Shown here: positions 22,996 through 35,913 of the stretch, piece after piece
Layout: each line of letters begins with the position of its first letter
How positions within the stretch are numbered: position 1 is the stretch's first letter
NCBI RefSeq assembly: GCF_964355755.1
Contig: NC_092671.1
Location: forward strand, 7,378,001-7,442,000
From: Antedon mediterranea
Lineage: Eukaryota; Animalia; Echinodermata
Length of the DNA: 64,000 bases
Direction of reading: 5' to 3'
The notes under the pieces: generated by a model
The model's database searches: none
The model's input: only the letters and a program-made list of their open reading frames with translations
What the model was told of the DNA's origin: nothing
Position numbers and translations under genes: made by a program

Positions 22996-24460
22996 ATCGG
23001 TTTTCAACCAGTAGCATTTGCATATCCCTTATATGTACTTGGCAGATTATAATTATGACTTCATTTTGTTCAGCATATGGATAACTTCCTGCCAACCCTC
23101 TCGAGGGAGCTATTCAACGCAACAAGAGACATTCATCAGTTGGGCTCGCTAGAAGATTGACACTTCGGAAATGAAATATTAATAAAAGCAGCGCAAGCAG
23201 AATTTTTATATCTGAGAACAACTAAGACAGGAGGGAATAAAGAGGAAGCAGATTTCTTCACTAAATGTGTGAAGCTTTGAATTTGATCAGTTACAAGTGG
23301 AAAGAGTACGTTTAGGATTGCCGGTGCGTATATTGTGCCGAGTAAATTATGCTTAAATTAAGATGCGAGTTTCAAAAAGCATGTGACATGCTGCTCTACA
23401 GAGGGAAAAAAAGTAGTGATTAGATTCTATTAATACTTCAAAGTCTAAAAAAAGCAACTAACTCCACATAAGAGAATTATACATTTGTGCAAATATGTGT
23501 CAAAATGATTTGAAATGTGATATGAATGGAAAGTGTCAAATGTTTAAATTTATAATTTTTTGAATGAATATAATATGTTTGCATATATAAACAACACATC
23601 ATGTAATGGTTAATATATTTTCAAAGCACTTACTAATGATAATTCTTATACATATTTTTCAATAAACATTTATAATGAAAAAATTAAATTCCACTGCAGA
23701 ATTTATAGAAAATTGATTATTGAATATTTAAATGTTTTTTATCAATTTTAATGTTAAGTAAAAACAATGTACTTACTTTTTCTTTCGACTTTTTTAAAGT
23801 TAAAAACAAAAAATTTTCAGTCGAAACTCAAATTATCTGGATCAATATATTGAGATAATATTTGTGTAAATTGAGAGACCAAAAACTACAAGCGATGCTA
23901 ACACCAAGATAACTAATAAAATAAACTAAAATTTGTAGTAGATAATGGTAAACCTTTGAATAGAACCCCATGTCTTCTCAAGAAATTCATCTTGGGAAAT
24001 AATTCCACATTTTTACTTTAAAATATTTTGTTAAAACCAATATGAGAAGAATCCCATAAACTCAGGTAGAATTCAGAATTACTTGTAACAAGCAAAAGGT
24101 AAATAGTAAAAAAAATGTTTAACCTTGGCTTTATATTATTAATGAAATATAATAATTTACATATAAAAATAAAATGTTAAATCACTGACAAGTGGTGTAT
24201 TATTTGAGAATGATAGTGGAATGGAACCTATATAATTACCAACAAAAAGTAATGTTATATGAGCAAAGCAAACAACATAAACATATTTTTGTTGCATATT
24301 TTGAAATAAAAATTGACGAAGAATTAAAGCAAACAAACGATACAATTCAAAATGGAAATTTTCACAGCAAATGTCAGAAACAAACAGAGAAAATTTAAAA
24401 AAAAACAAAACAGGCACAGTGCAGAAAAAATGGGGAAAACGATGAACCAGGTTTTAGTAC

Positions 24461-24553
24461 CTTGCAATCGTCGTTGTTCGCGAACAACAGAGGCACGCTG
24501 ATGCCGATCTAATTTACGTTTCATCTTGTTCTCTTGCACACGTCGTGCCATCT
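24461..24553 (-). CDS. BAZ2B: BAZ2B exon 12
   Basis: cag/gtacta, phase 1-1; MARRVQENKMKRKLDRHQRASVVREQRRLQ. Confidence 0.93.
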
Positions 24554-24875
24554 CTGAATTAGGTGCAAATAAAAAGGGAATCATGCAGAAAAGTTTTACG
24601 AAAAGAAAATAATTACAAAAATAAAACATAAGTGCATAAAATAAAAAATAAACTAAAAATAAATAAAATATTTTAATAAGATATTATATGCGTTGTTTTG
24701 AACAAGAAGCTATACTGAAGGTATATGTTGATTTAATATACTGAACATTCAACATTTATGTGTTATGTATAATGTTCATATAATTTGTCATTTTTTATCC
24801 TTTCAGATTGGACATATAGCAGTCTTTATTAAATGTATTTTTCTAAATATATTAATAATTTTTTAATCCACATAC

Positions 24876-25053
24876 CCTCCTGTTCAAGTTTTTTCTTTAG
24901 TTTTGCTTCCGCAGACCTTCTTGTTAACTCTCGAGCAATACGTCTTTTTTCGTGAGCTTTTTGACTAGTCCTTCCAACACGACCTCTTGGAGGGGGTGGG
25001 GAATATAACCGTTGTGTCAATTCTTCGGCAGTCAGTTTTTCAAACACAATACC
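24876..25053 (-). CDS. BAZ2B: BAZ2B exon 11
   Basis: tag/gtatgt; GIVFEKLTAEELTQRL...AEAKLKKKLEQE. Confidence 0.93.
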
Positions 25054-25355
25054 CTAAGGTTCAGAATGAAAAATATTTTTGCTATTCAGTTATAGTATAT
25101 AATATAACAATTTATATTATTAAATAATAATTATTCATTCAATGATATATTAGGTTAGAATATTTTGTAGGTACAATCAATTTCAGAAGGCATACTCCTG
25201 CATTCAGAGTGAGAAGGAATTAAGTTTTCAGCTAATTGTAATTCTTATTGTTAATGTAAGAGTTTACTTTACTTTGCCAATAGCCCTATTTATATTCTAC
25301 AAAGAATAAAGTTTAACTACTGTCTATGTCTATTATAATGTAAACAGCACTTTAC

Positions 25356-25639
25356 CATTCCGCCATCAGGTCTTGGGTTCAGGTACTCTCCAACCTTCAC
25401 CTTAGCACTGAAACTGAAGTGTTCACGGCCAACAGTTGTGATCTGACGCCGTTTCAAGTAGCGTAGCACCTCCGGATAGTTTCGTAATTTCTTACCACAC
25501 GGTCCGTAGTAAATTACCTCACCTTTGACCTGATCTTCGGGACCCAGTTGGCGGATTATAGTCTGACGACGAAATCCGTACTGTAATGGTTGATTTACAG
25601 CTTCCACATCTGTTACACGTAGACGTTTTTGTGGAATGG
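25356..25639 (-). CDS. BAZ2B: BAZ2B exon 10, TAM (MBD-like) domain
   Basis: cag/gtaaag; RVTD...PLQYGFRRQTIIR...GEVIYYGPCGKKLRNYPEVLRYL...FSFSAKVKVG. Confidence 0.97.
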
Positions 25640-25989
25640 CTGTCGATAAAATAAACAAAAATATAGCAACCATACTATAATGTCCAAAAGGCTTGGCATA
25701 GTGATGATTGCAGATTAAAGTTACACTATACATACTATATATTTGTTTGTGTGTGTTCACAAAGACATATAGTTTGCTTGTTATAAAATATTTACTGCTT
25801 GATATGCACTTATATTATGCTTTGCATCATTGCAGTGTGTCTATTGATAGTTCTATTATACAATAGAGGTTTAAACATGAGTAAATCATTAACTATAGAC
25901 ATTTCTGTTTCCATCACCAATCTCTAAAAAAGTTTTTTATAGCTCTCTACATCATGGCATTTGGAAAGGACTCGAAAGAGGTAACTTAC

Positions 25990-26142
25990 GTCCAGGGTCA
26001 TAGTACATCGAAGTGGAGGGCATGTTACGCTTGTAATACTTTAACGGTGAAGAATCATCAGCCGAATCGATGGTTAAAGCATCAGTGTCAAGGTGATCGT
26101 TATCGCTGTCACCCTCAGTATCAAGATCTGAGCCAGAATCGC
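25990..26142 (-). CDS. BAZ2B: BAZ2B exon 9
   Basis: tag/gtaagt, phase 1-1; DSGSDLDTEGDSDND...MYYDPG. Confidence 0.9.
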
Positions 26143-26380
26143 CTATAATTAATTTTTAAAAAGAAAAATATCAAGCTAAAAGTTTCAAAAAGTGTAATCA
26201 TATTCTCAAAAATAGATGCCAATATAACTTTATGCTTAGCATTGTACTACAAGACAGTATAGTTCTTCCTTAGAGTAGAGTATACTAGACTCTCACTATT
26301 TCTGGTATACTAAACTCAAAAGTCTTAATTAATTACTTCATCATATTATAGACATACTACCCTTCCAATTATCACATCTC

Positions 26381-26672
26381 ATTATAAATTTAGATAAATA
26401 CAAATATTTGTTATGCAAATATTTTTTTTATTTTTTCAGTACATACTGTACTACATTGATCAAGTATATAAATATTAAAAAAAATCACCATCCTCCTAAA
26501 TAGGATTGTTTTTCTGAAATTTGATTATATTTTATTATAAATTTAGATAAATACAAATATTTGTTATGCAAATATTTTTTTTTTTTTTAGTACATACTGT
26601 ACTGCATAGATAAGTATAATAACAAAACAAAATCATCATCTTCCTAAATAGGCTTGTTTCTGAAATTTGATT
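26381..26672. repeat. About 150-bp tandem duplication
   Basis: ATTATAAATTTAGATAAATACAAATATTTGTTATGCAAAT... at 26381 and 26534. Confidence 0.85.
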
Positions 26673-26741
26673 TCAGAATAAAAGTTTACAAATCTGTTGT
26701 AATGTGCATTATACTGTACAAAAAGTTTTTTAAACAATTAC

Positions 26742-26907
26742 CGCTGTTATCGCCTAAACTATCATCATCATCATCACTACTATCACTGTCTCTCTTGGAT
26801 GAATTCTGGGCTTTGGCAGCCTTTTTGATTGATGCATGCTCACGAAGTCGCGCTGTTGCCTTGATCATCATCTCATCTGCTATCTGCCGTGCTCCAGGTT
26901 TTACCAT
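26742..26907 (-). CDS. BAZ2B: BAZ2B exon 8
   Basis: tag/gtaatt; MVKPGARQIADEMMIKATARL...DSSDDDDDSLGDNS. Confidence 0.9.
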
Positions 26908-27833
26908 CTAAGTCAGAAAAGTTAGCGTTTGAAAAAACTTGAAATAATAATTTACAAACGTGACTTAAATTACCACCTTCGTTCATCCAAAATGTTGGCA
27001 AACCATTTCATCAATAATAGATCTTATCAGATAATTTATAGAAAGCGTAAAACATTATAAATTATCTCAGGTTGGGTTTGATCATGGAGGTTTTACCTCC
27101 ATGGTTTGATATGTACGTAATTCCATTCAATAAACTTATATAAAAACAATTAGATTCTATCAGTATTATGATAAAGGCAGTACATGTCAATACCATGATT
27201 GATAACAATAAATTAATATTGATTATGAAATTAGGTCATATAAGGCTAATCATAATTTAATGTCATTTAATTGTAACAGCCAGGTAAGGAGGAAACCTTG
27301 CAGTAAACGTAGCACCTGTGAGCGGATGCGTGCAAGAAAATATAAATGAAACATTCACAAATATAGATTTTTTAAAAGCACTGCAGGGGGAAAAGGCTTG
27401 TTTAACTTTCTTGCATTACTAAGAAGTAGTAACTTGAAACTTAAATGTTTCTTATTAAGTAGGAATAGACAACGCAGTTCACGTATACCCAAGAAAGTAT
27501 GGTACTGAAATTAGGCTAATCAGCTCTACTGTAATAATTATGTTTGCGACAAATATAAATATTAATTACATTTTAAATACATATATTTAATAACTGTATT
27601 GTATACATAAATCACTTAAAAACATGAATACAAAGGAAAAAACGTCTATGAAGACAGAGGCAGATCAAGGATTTTTAAATCCAGGTGCGTAAAAATGATG
27701 AAAAGTAAAGTACTGAGCTGAACCAAATGTCCTGTCTTTTGCATTGTAAATAAAAAAATTGGGGAGGGGGGAGGGGGAATCTAACTATGTAAAACAGGAA
27801 TTCATTTGTTTTTGGAGATTAAAAAAAGTATAC

Positions 27834-28250
27834 CTTAGCTTTTAAAGCCACTTTTATTCTTTCTGCAGCCTGTTTGGTTGTGCGTGCAATTAGTTTCTCG
27901 TGCGTAGATACAAATTTTGCAAGATCTTCATTATCCTTGTTAAAAGTAAAAGAAGACGGTGAACTTGTTGATGACCTTTTGGACAAATTTAATGGCGTAT
28001 CATCCGTTGAATGTTTATTCGCCATTGATTTTTCTCTTTTGGAATTTTCAGCTTTAGATTGTTTGGCATCTCGGTTCTTTCTTTTCTCGGCTTCCATTTT
28101 CTTTTGGATTTTTAATTGTTGTTGTTGAGCTTTTATTTGCTGTTCAAATTGAAGCGTTAACTGTTCAGCCTTTTTCTTTTGCTCTTCTTCCCTTTCTCGT
28201 TCATCATTTACATTGTGTGATTTTGAATGTTGATCTTTCAGTAATTTTTC
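27834..28250 (-). CDS. BAZ2B: BAZ2B exon 7
   Basis: tag/gtatac, phase 0-0, 417 nt open; contains PLNLS (CtBP-binding PxDLS-like) motif. Confidence 0.92.
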
Positions 28251-28806
28251 CTAAAGTAACAAATGTTAAAAATAAAAATCCCAATAAAGTATGGTAAAAA
28301 TGAAGTTATGTTATTTATTAGTTATGTAAGAAAACTGACAGATATTTTTATTTTGAAGTTATAGGCATACAGTATGTCTCCTCCTTTTACAAGATTTGGT
28401 TCAATTTTTACTCTGCCTTGGAGTTAGGAGTGCAATTGACGAGAACTCATAACAGCAACTGTAAAGTGGTAGTGCCACATGTTAAGCACTACTTGCTATT
28501 TAGTTAAAGATTTATTGTCCCCCTGAAAAAAAATGTTTTTGTTGATTATGCCATTTTAATAGTTGTCCACTTTCCACGAAAAAAAAATGTGTTTACCTAA
28601 AAACTGTAATTTAAATCAAAAAATAGTCAAATTGACCGCCAGCCAATGGGTTTTTGGTTGAATTTAACCATTTTTTAAATGAGTAAATGAATCCTAGCTT
28701 TAGGATTATGACAACATGAAATAGGTTTAGATATTAAATGGAGTCATTATTATTATTTTTCGAAAATTAGACTTATGTAACGTATACTGAACCATTATGA
28801 TCTAAC

Positions 28807-28899
28807 CTTCTTTCGTTGCCTAGCTTCCTGTTGTTGTTGCTTTATCTTCTTCTCTTGTTCCAATAATTCTTTCTGTTTGAGTTCAAGCTCTTTCTTTGT
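28807..28899 (-). CDS. BAZ2B: BAZ2B exon 6
   Basis: tag/gttaga, phase 0-0; TKKELELKQKELLEQEKKIKQQQQEARQRKK. Confidence 0.9.
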
Positions 28900-30064
28900 C
28901 TAAAACCATATTACAATGAATAATGATTCACTATTGTGTATTTTCACATAAAACATGATAAAATTATATAATACATTTATATAATATTATTATGCATAAT
29001 CAGATAAGTAAAAAATCAGGCAACTAATTATTCAATATTACAAGCATTGTCTTTGATAAGTACTAAATTTAAATGGTTTTTTTTATTAGAAATCCACACA
29101 TTTGTGGAATTGTGAAAATGTGAAAATAACAAAAAATGATTATTATATAAACAGAAAGTTGTTTTTAATTATTATAACCACTTTTAACAATGTTTATGTT
29201 AATTGTTATGCACATACTAACAACTTAAAACACCTTTTTATAAAGTTTCAACAGTAGTGATAATATATTGCTCCAATTATGCTATTGATGAATAAAGAAT
29301 AAATCAAAAAGTCAATTTTGGGCTGTATTCTTGTTGTTCATAATAATAGCAAATAAAATCGGTAGTGTTAAATACGTCCAAGAATTCTTATTCATAATCT
29401 TAATGGGACGCTGAAACCCGCTTGACTTAAAGGAAAAAACAAATTTTTATCGGAAAGTAATCCCCTGGCTGCAATTACAAAAAGCTGTAAAGACAAAATG
29501 TAGTAATTTTACAACCATTAAAATGATAACCGGCCGTTTCTTCTGACTCATCCTCTTTGTTTCAGACCAAGAGAAAGACCCTGAAATCTGAAGGCTAGGT
29601 TGCTGATTTTAATCTCTATAAAACGATATACCAGGTAGATTTAAGATGCATTATGAACAAACTGAATGCAATTTCTATCTTTTTTATATTTTTAATCACG
29701 GTTTGGTAGTCTTTTGATGAATTTTTACAAGATATAAGCAAGTTTGAAAAATAAACTGCCAATTTTACAACTGTTTTATTTTAGTATAAAAAGAGTGATT
29801 AGTAGATGTGAGTAGATGGTAATTTAATTTAACAAGCCTAAGATGGGATTTATTTGCATGAAACTGATTTCAAGTCAATTGTCAAATTAAACATATACTG
29901 GCAGTGGCAGTACTGTACGTACTACTAAATGTTACAATCATGTATGTATACACAGCTTTTGAGTCACTTTATGGATTTTCCAGATTCAATACCTTGTATA
30001 GTAAACATCCTCTTCTGCCGTTATCAATACAATTACCTTATAAGGTCAAACTAATGCTATTTAC

Positions 30065-30346
30065 CTTCATAATGGTTTCCATCTCATGCTCTTCTTCACT
30101 ATCATCCTCTTCACTATTGCTACTAATTTCAGAGTTCTCCGACTCATTAGTGCCATCCAGATCATCTGATGTGGTGTCGTCATCATCGTCTTCTTCCATA
30201 TCAACATCACTGCTGCTTGTCATTGTCTCTTTCTTGTTTTCTAAGCTATGCTCAGAACCGCTGGCTTCGAAGGCAGAATGAGCTTCTTTATAGGCTGTTG
30301 ACTGGTCAGACTCGGTTACTTCCATAGGAGATGGAACATTCTTAGC
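30065..30346 (-). CDS. BAZ2B: BAZ2B exon 5, acidic tract
   Basis: Uncommon AAG acceptor after ttttacttct, gtaaat donor, phase 0-0; the 5' boundary could shift by 6 nt. Confidence 0.85.
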
Positions 30347-31645
30347 CTTTAGAAGTAAAAATTAAAAATATTTTATATAAATGTAATCGCACGTTTTATC
30401 TTAATATTATAGGAATTAACGTATTTTTTATGTGTGTAATCAATTTTATGTAAGTATTTCTATGTGGAGAACCCCGCGACGATTATTTTTATTTATAACT
30501 TTTAGGGATCCTACCTCATTGATTTACTTTTGTACTGTTTTTATGTCTTACTTTGTACTGTATTTGAAATTTGGCGAAATATATATGATGTTTGTTTATT
30601 TGGTTTTTCACACTTCTCAAATATGTATAAATTGTAAGCTAAAAAAGGTAAATTATTAAATGATATTGTTATAGATTATTTTAAGATTTTACTTTTTCCC
30701 AAAATGTATATTTGACTAAATACTAATTTTTTAGTATTTAAAATGGTTAATGGTTTTAAATTTATATAGTGCAAAATGCAAATAGCCTCTATGCGCTGTT
30801 TAACACAAGTGTAAAAAGAAAGAAAGTGTTATTTAGTAGTATTTAGATATTACCTACAGCAACTAAATTTTAAATTCACATTTTATGCTTATTTTTTCAT
30901 ACTTGGGGGACTGCTTTAAATAAAGCAAACTATTTACTAGATGCAGTTAAAATAAAATTGATGCATAAAATATTTAGCCCTAAGTAACAAGACCACAATG
31001 TTATAATGTAATAGAATATATAATATGAATAATAATATGATAGGCTACAATTGCAATCTACGGAACTGAATATTGTAAACGCAACCCTGGGTTGCATAAC
31101 TTCATATTTGGGGAAAAATTTTAGAAAAAAAGAGAGGAAAAAGCATTAAGAATGTTTTTACAAGGACTATTATCCTAAATTAAATATATCTTTTGCCATT
31201 TATATAAAGATCATAATGATGTCAGAAAAAGTTGGACCTGTCCGTCAGTGTCGGATATCATACTCAATGTACTATATTGCCTCTTTCAGACGAACCCTGT
31301 CAATCATTATACTTTAGATGTAACTTCAATTTGAAAACAAATCTTTTATTTGATATGTCCTTGGAACATTTGATAGAATTTTTAAGAATCTATATTTGCT
31401 TGAAATCAACCTCGGGCAAATAAAATATAAAATATTAAGTTTCGTTGAGCCTGGTGTATCCTTTTATTTAAAAAATCCTATTTTGGATTTGGATTTTGTA
31501 AAATTAAAGTGTCGTTTTAGAATATAATTATGAATTATGAAACTGAATTAGTTCCTACACCCAGGCAAACTATTTTAAATGCAAGTAGGCCCTAATTCAT
31601 ACACTAGACTACAGAATTTATATTGTTTCTTTGATATTTTCTTAC

Positions 31646-31863
31646 TTTCTTTTCTGCTAGAAACTTGGCTCTATCTGCAGATTTTGCAACAATATCTGTG
31701 TGAGTGTTTCCGATTGAAATGTCTGCATGCCTTGGCGAGTCCGACTTGCGCGGGCGTCCTCTACCTCTTTTTTCTCCAGTTGGCGTACTTGATTGGGAAG
31801 GTTTGACGGCAGTTGGTGGTGATGCTGGTGTCTTAGATTCATATCCTAAGTATTCATTGACAT
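31646..31863 (-). CDS. BAZ2B: BAZ2B exon 4, AT-hook
   Basis: cag/gtaaga; contains KRGRGRPRK. Confidence 0.92.
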
Positions 31864-32181
31864 CTGTTGAATAAAAGATATACAAACATTTAAACGACAC
31901 AAAAGAAGAGCTACACCTAAAATCTAAGAAATATAAAGTAAAAGTAAATCCAAATACAGGTAAGGAAAGAAATGATGACGGTAGTACGTTGGTATGCTCC
32001 CAATAGGGGCACCAAGGTGGGCTGTCTCATTATATGGTAGAGGTGTTCCACTAAAAATTCTTCATTTTGAAATTGTACCCGACGGTGTAGGGAAAGGGCT
32101 AATGTCAGTTTATCCAGGTAAGAAGGCATGAAACAGACTATAAAATCTACACGTAAATGGATACTCCTCACACAGACTTAC

Positions 32182-32364
32182 TTTTCTGATTTTTCCCCGT
32201 AAACAAAAATGATTCAAAGTCTTTAACAGTTGAATCTTTGCTGAGATTACTAAACGATGGAGTCAGTCCTAAGTTGTTACCACCACCAGTAAGGCCTAAC
32301 CTGCTCCCAGAAAGCCCCAAGCCAGGCACAGTACCGTGGGGTTGAGTCCACCACGTTGCACCTC
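32182..32364 (-). CDS. BAZ2B: BAZ2B exon 3
   Basis: Strong polypyrimidine tract+cag / gtaagt, phase 1-1; GATWWTQPHG (cf. GAEWW in BAZ2B). Confidence 0.88.
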
Positions 32365-35300
32365 CTGCCAAGCAAGCCGAAAGAGAGAAAGCGTTAAAAG
32401 ACAATTGTTATTATAAAGCGACAGAAAAGCGAGCAAAGAATGTGCAAGCAAAAATACATTTGTGCAAATATATGATATATAATAGAAACCCTTAAACAAC
32501 ACTATACAAACACAACAATTATATTAAAAACACATTTGAATAGGCAGCATTATTTTTAGTTTACTAATCAACTCAGAACATTGTTGTACGAATAATATTC
32601 ACACTGGATAGGGAAAGGATTGGTGGGGAATCGATCGGCAGTACGAGTTAGGAGGTCCATTTAAACACATACAGTAGTAGTAACATACGCGTTCAAATTG
32701 GGTGTACAGTATGCTATCCTATGATTGAAAAATGCTGAAATTGGTCTATTCAATTATTATCAAAACAATACAGGACAGTATATATGTCATGTCATCTATA
32801 AGAATTCTAAATCATTTTTAACTATAGTTAGGTATAGTTTTATAATTTGTTTACATTATACAGTAGTATGGGTGAAAATGTAAACAAAAATGTGAAGTTT
32901 TGAAATAAAATATAATAAACATTTTTTTATAAATTATTTTTTAAATAAAAAAAGGAGAGAGAAAGAAATTTAATTCTTTGAAAAGTAGAAATTTATCAGC
33001 ATTTATATTTATGACTCCCAATTGACGTTGAAAGTTGTTCAAACGAAAATATGAATCATAAATTAATGATAGCGGACAGGCATAAATTGCATTACCATAA
33101 ATATAATAAGAGTTATGAAATTACAAAATATAAGATATAATATTTATATTATAAAACTTTGTTAATGATTTTTTTGTTTAAAGTTAAAAAAAGATTTCAT
33201 ATTTACAATATATCCTACATAATATCATCTTAAAACCTGCATTTAAATTCTATACGCATTATGTACACTGATACACACAATTTCTATTTGTTTTTTTTTA
33301 ATACATTTAAGAACAATTTTAATTCAACATTATTTTATTGATTAATTTTAAATAAATGATTATGAATTCATAAAAAAAGTGTTTTAAGCAATTTTTACTT
33401 TACACTACACAGCTCATTTTTCTTGCAGTGTATAGGATATTCACCCTGGATAATAATCCTGAAGTGAGATTGCGATTTTTTTTGCTTGTACGCAGAAAGA
33501 TTTTTTTTTTTACATACAAAAAAAGCTAAACAATCGTTCAAAGTACTGTTTACCAAAACACCATGTGATCCACATATCATACAATCAAAGAATATATTTA
33601 GGTGTGATGACATGATAATTAATATTTATGTGGTAAAGATGAATATTCATGTAGTAATGATTAATATTCATGATATTGATATGATTATATTCAAGGTTTT
33701 TATCATAATCAGAAAATATAAATACAAAAGAATTACCGTAACAATTATTATTAATTATTAAGTAATTAATTAATAATCAATCATAATTAAAAATCACTAT
33801 TAATATCGGGAAAGAAATATTTCAATTCTAAATCAAATTTAGTTTTAAATCTTTAAAAAAATCAAAATTAAACACAACAAATTATGGTTGAGAAATATCA
33901 GGAAAACTGTTTTATAAAAAGCCATCACAAGTGAATTCTAAAAAGTGAATTCGAAAAATGTATCTGAATAAAATCCTTCATGAAAATGAACGTACAATCA
34001 ATAAAATTCATTAATTCAGAATAACTATAAAAATAATGTATTTCTTTACGGAGATGAATTCTTAGACATTTGAGGCACAGGTCGACTAAAAAGGAATTTC
34101 TATTTTAATAGAAATATAACTGGATACATAATTTGTATAATCAGAATAGTTATTTAATTTATTCTGGAAAATGACAATGACAAGAAATCGAATCAAATAG
34201 TAGATTTAGGCCTATAAATAATTTATTTCAATTTTTTAATTTTGTTATGGCATCATACCGTATGAATATTGTTGATTTTTCTTTCTTTGTCAAACTTTAC
34301 AGTACCAAAGCATTATCATGTGACCCATCTTGGTGATCCAAACTCAGAAATAAACAAAATTGGCTTTTATGATGAATGGTAGTTTATAATGAATAATAAA
34401 ACTTGGTGGAATTTCAAATTCATAAAAGGAGAAAAGTTATCAATGATATATGTACTGTAGTGTAACAAACTAATAATATTAAAAACATTTACAATAAAAT
34501 AAATTAGTGTGAAGTTGAGCAAAATTTATGAAGGATTTCATCCTCTGCTTTGACAATTGACAACGAAATTTTGGCTGAGTGGTCTGACAATTCTTATCTT
34601 CCCAAAACAGACAATGAGACATGTAAAATGTAATAAATATTCTCTGTTAAATCTAAACGATGATCATCGTGTGCCCATACTTCATGTTTTGTTATTGTAA
34701 CATGGATCATGAATTAATGTTTCTGAATATGACAAAATACAGATAAAATGTCAAACGCATGACTAGTTCTCAACATAAATTACTATTTTAGATAAAATTA
34801 TGTATACGAATATATCTCTCTGAATAATTAACCTGAATAGTAACAAATACATGCCCAGTAACCCATAACATTACTTGTACCTTACTTACTGTACATTACT
34901 TATCAATATGACATCACACAAACCATAAATGGTGTTGTAGTCTATAAGTGCCAGCTTACCCGGATAAACCGACAAATGCCATATTCTCCTTAAAAAGCGA
35001 GATACAGTATATTTGAAAAGTAGAAAATTCATTGAACATCCCTCTCCATAAATGGTACAGTCCTCACTCATTTCTTTATATCTCGCTTTTTGAGAATATG
35101 CCATTTGTCTGTTCATCCAGGTAAGCTGGCACAAAACAGACAAAACTACAATAAAAAGTATGAATTCAATACCATATTGGTCATTACCACTAGAAATTTT
35201 ATTAAATCATCTCTATGATTAAATGTATGTTTTCTTATTAGCCCTGACAAAGATAGTGTTATTCAAAAGCTAGACACTTCTTTCTGGTTGTTTTACTTTA

Positions 35301-35822
35301 CTGTTTTGATTTAGCATTTTGCTTATTTTATTTGTAGATCTCCATTGAGATCTAGCAACACCATTGTCATTTTTTTAATAATTTAACTTTGGGTTTAGTG
35401 AAACTAAATATATTGAAAAATTAATCATGGATACAATAACATAAATCCATAGTTTAAAGATGTATTAAAATAATATCAAACTACTCATTTGCATACGCCA
35501 TTGTCTTCGATACTAATTAGCATTTTGTTGACTGTAAAAATAGAACATTTTAAGTCTTGACGTTCAATCAAATGTTAATATTAAATTCTATTCATCTGTG
35601 CATAATGCATAAACAGCTCTGTCATTGTCCCAACAAAATGGATTCTACATATTCTTTGTTAATTGCATTTAAGCACATCGTATCCTAAAGCGAATATGCA
35701 AAAGTGCATTAGACTCTGTCGTAATGTGGCTTACGATGGTAACATCACTCCATTTGTTCATCTAATAAAATAAACAGTTCTATCAAAAACAGTAGAAATC
35801 AGTTTTTTTAACTTTATCATAA

Positions 35823-35913
35823 AGCTCTGTCTACACTATCAAACTTTATGTGACAAAAAAATTGACATGCCCATAATGGTCATCATGATGTCATATCACT
35901 ACCATATTTGGGC
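35823..35913. mobile_element. MITE family A copy (truncated)
   Basis: TAA-AGCTCTGTCTACACTATCAAACTTTATGTGAC...CACTACCATATTTGGGC. Confidence 0.85.

Noticed and set aside
27297-27318. Cryptic acceptor (gctcacag) with nearby AAG|gt
   Set aside because: 19-nt frameshifting unit with a weak donor; not distinguishable from chance
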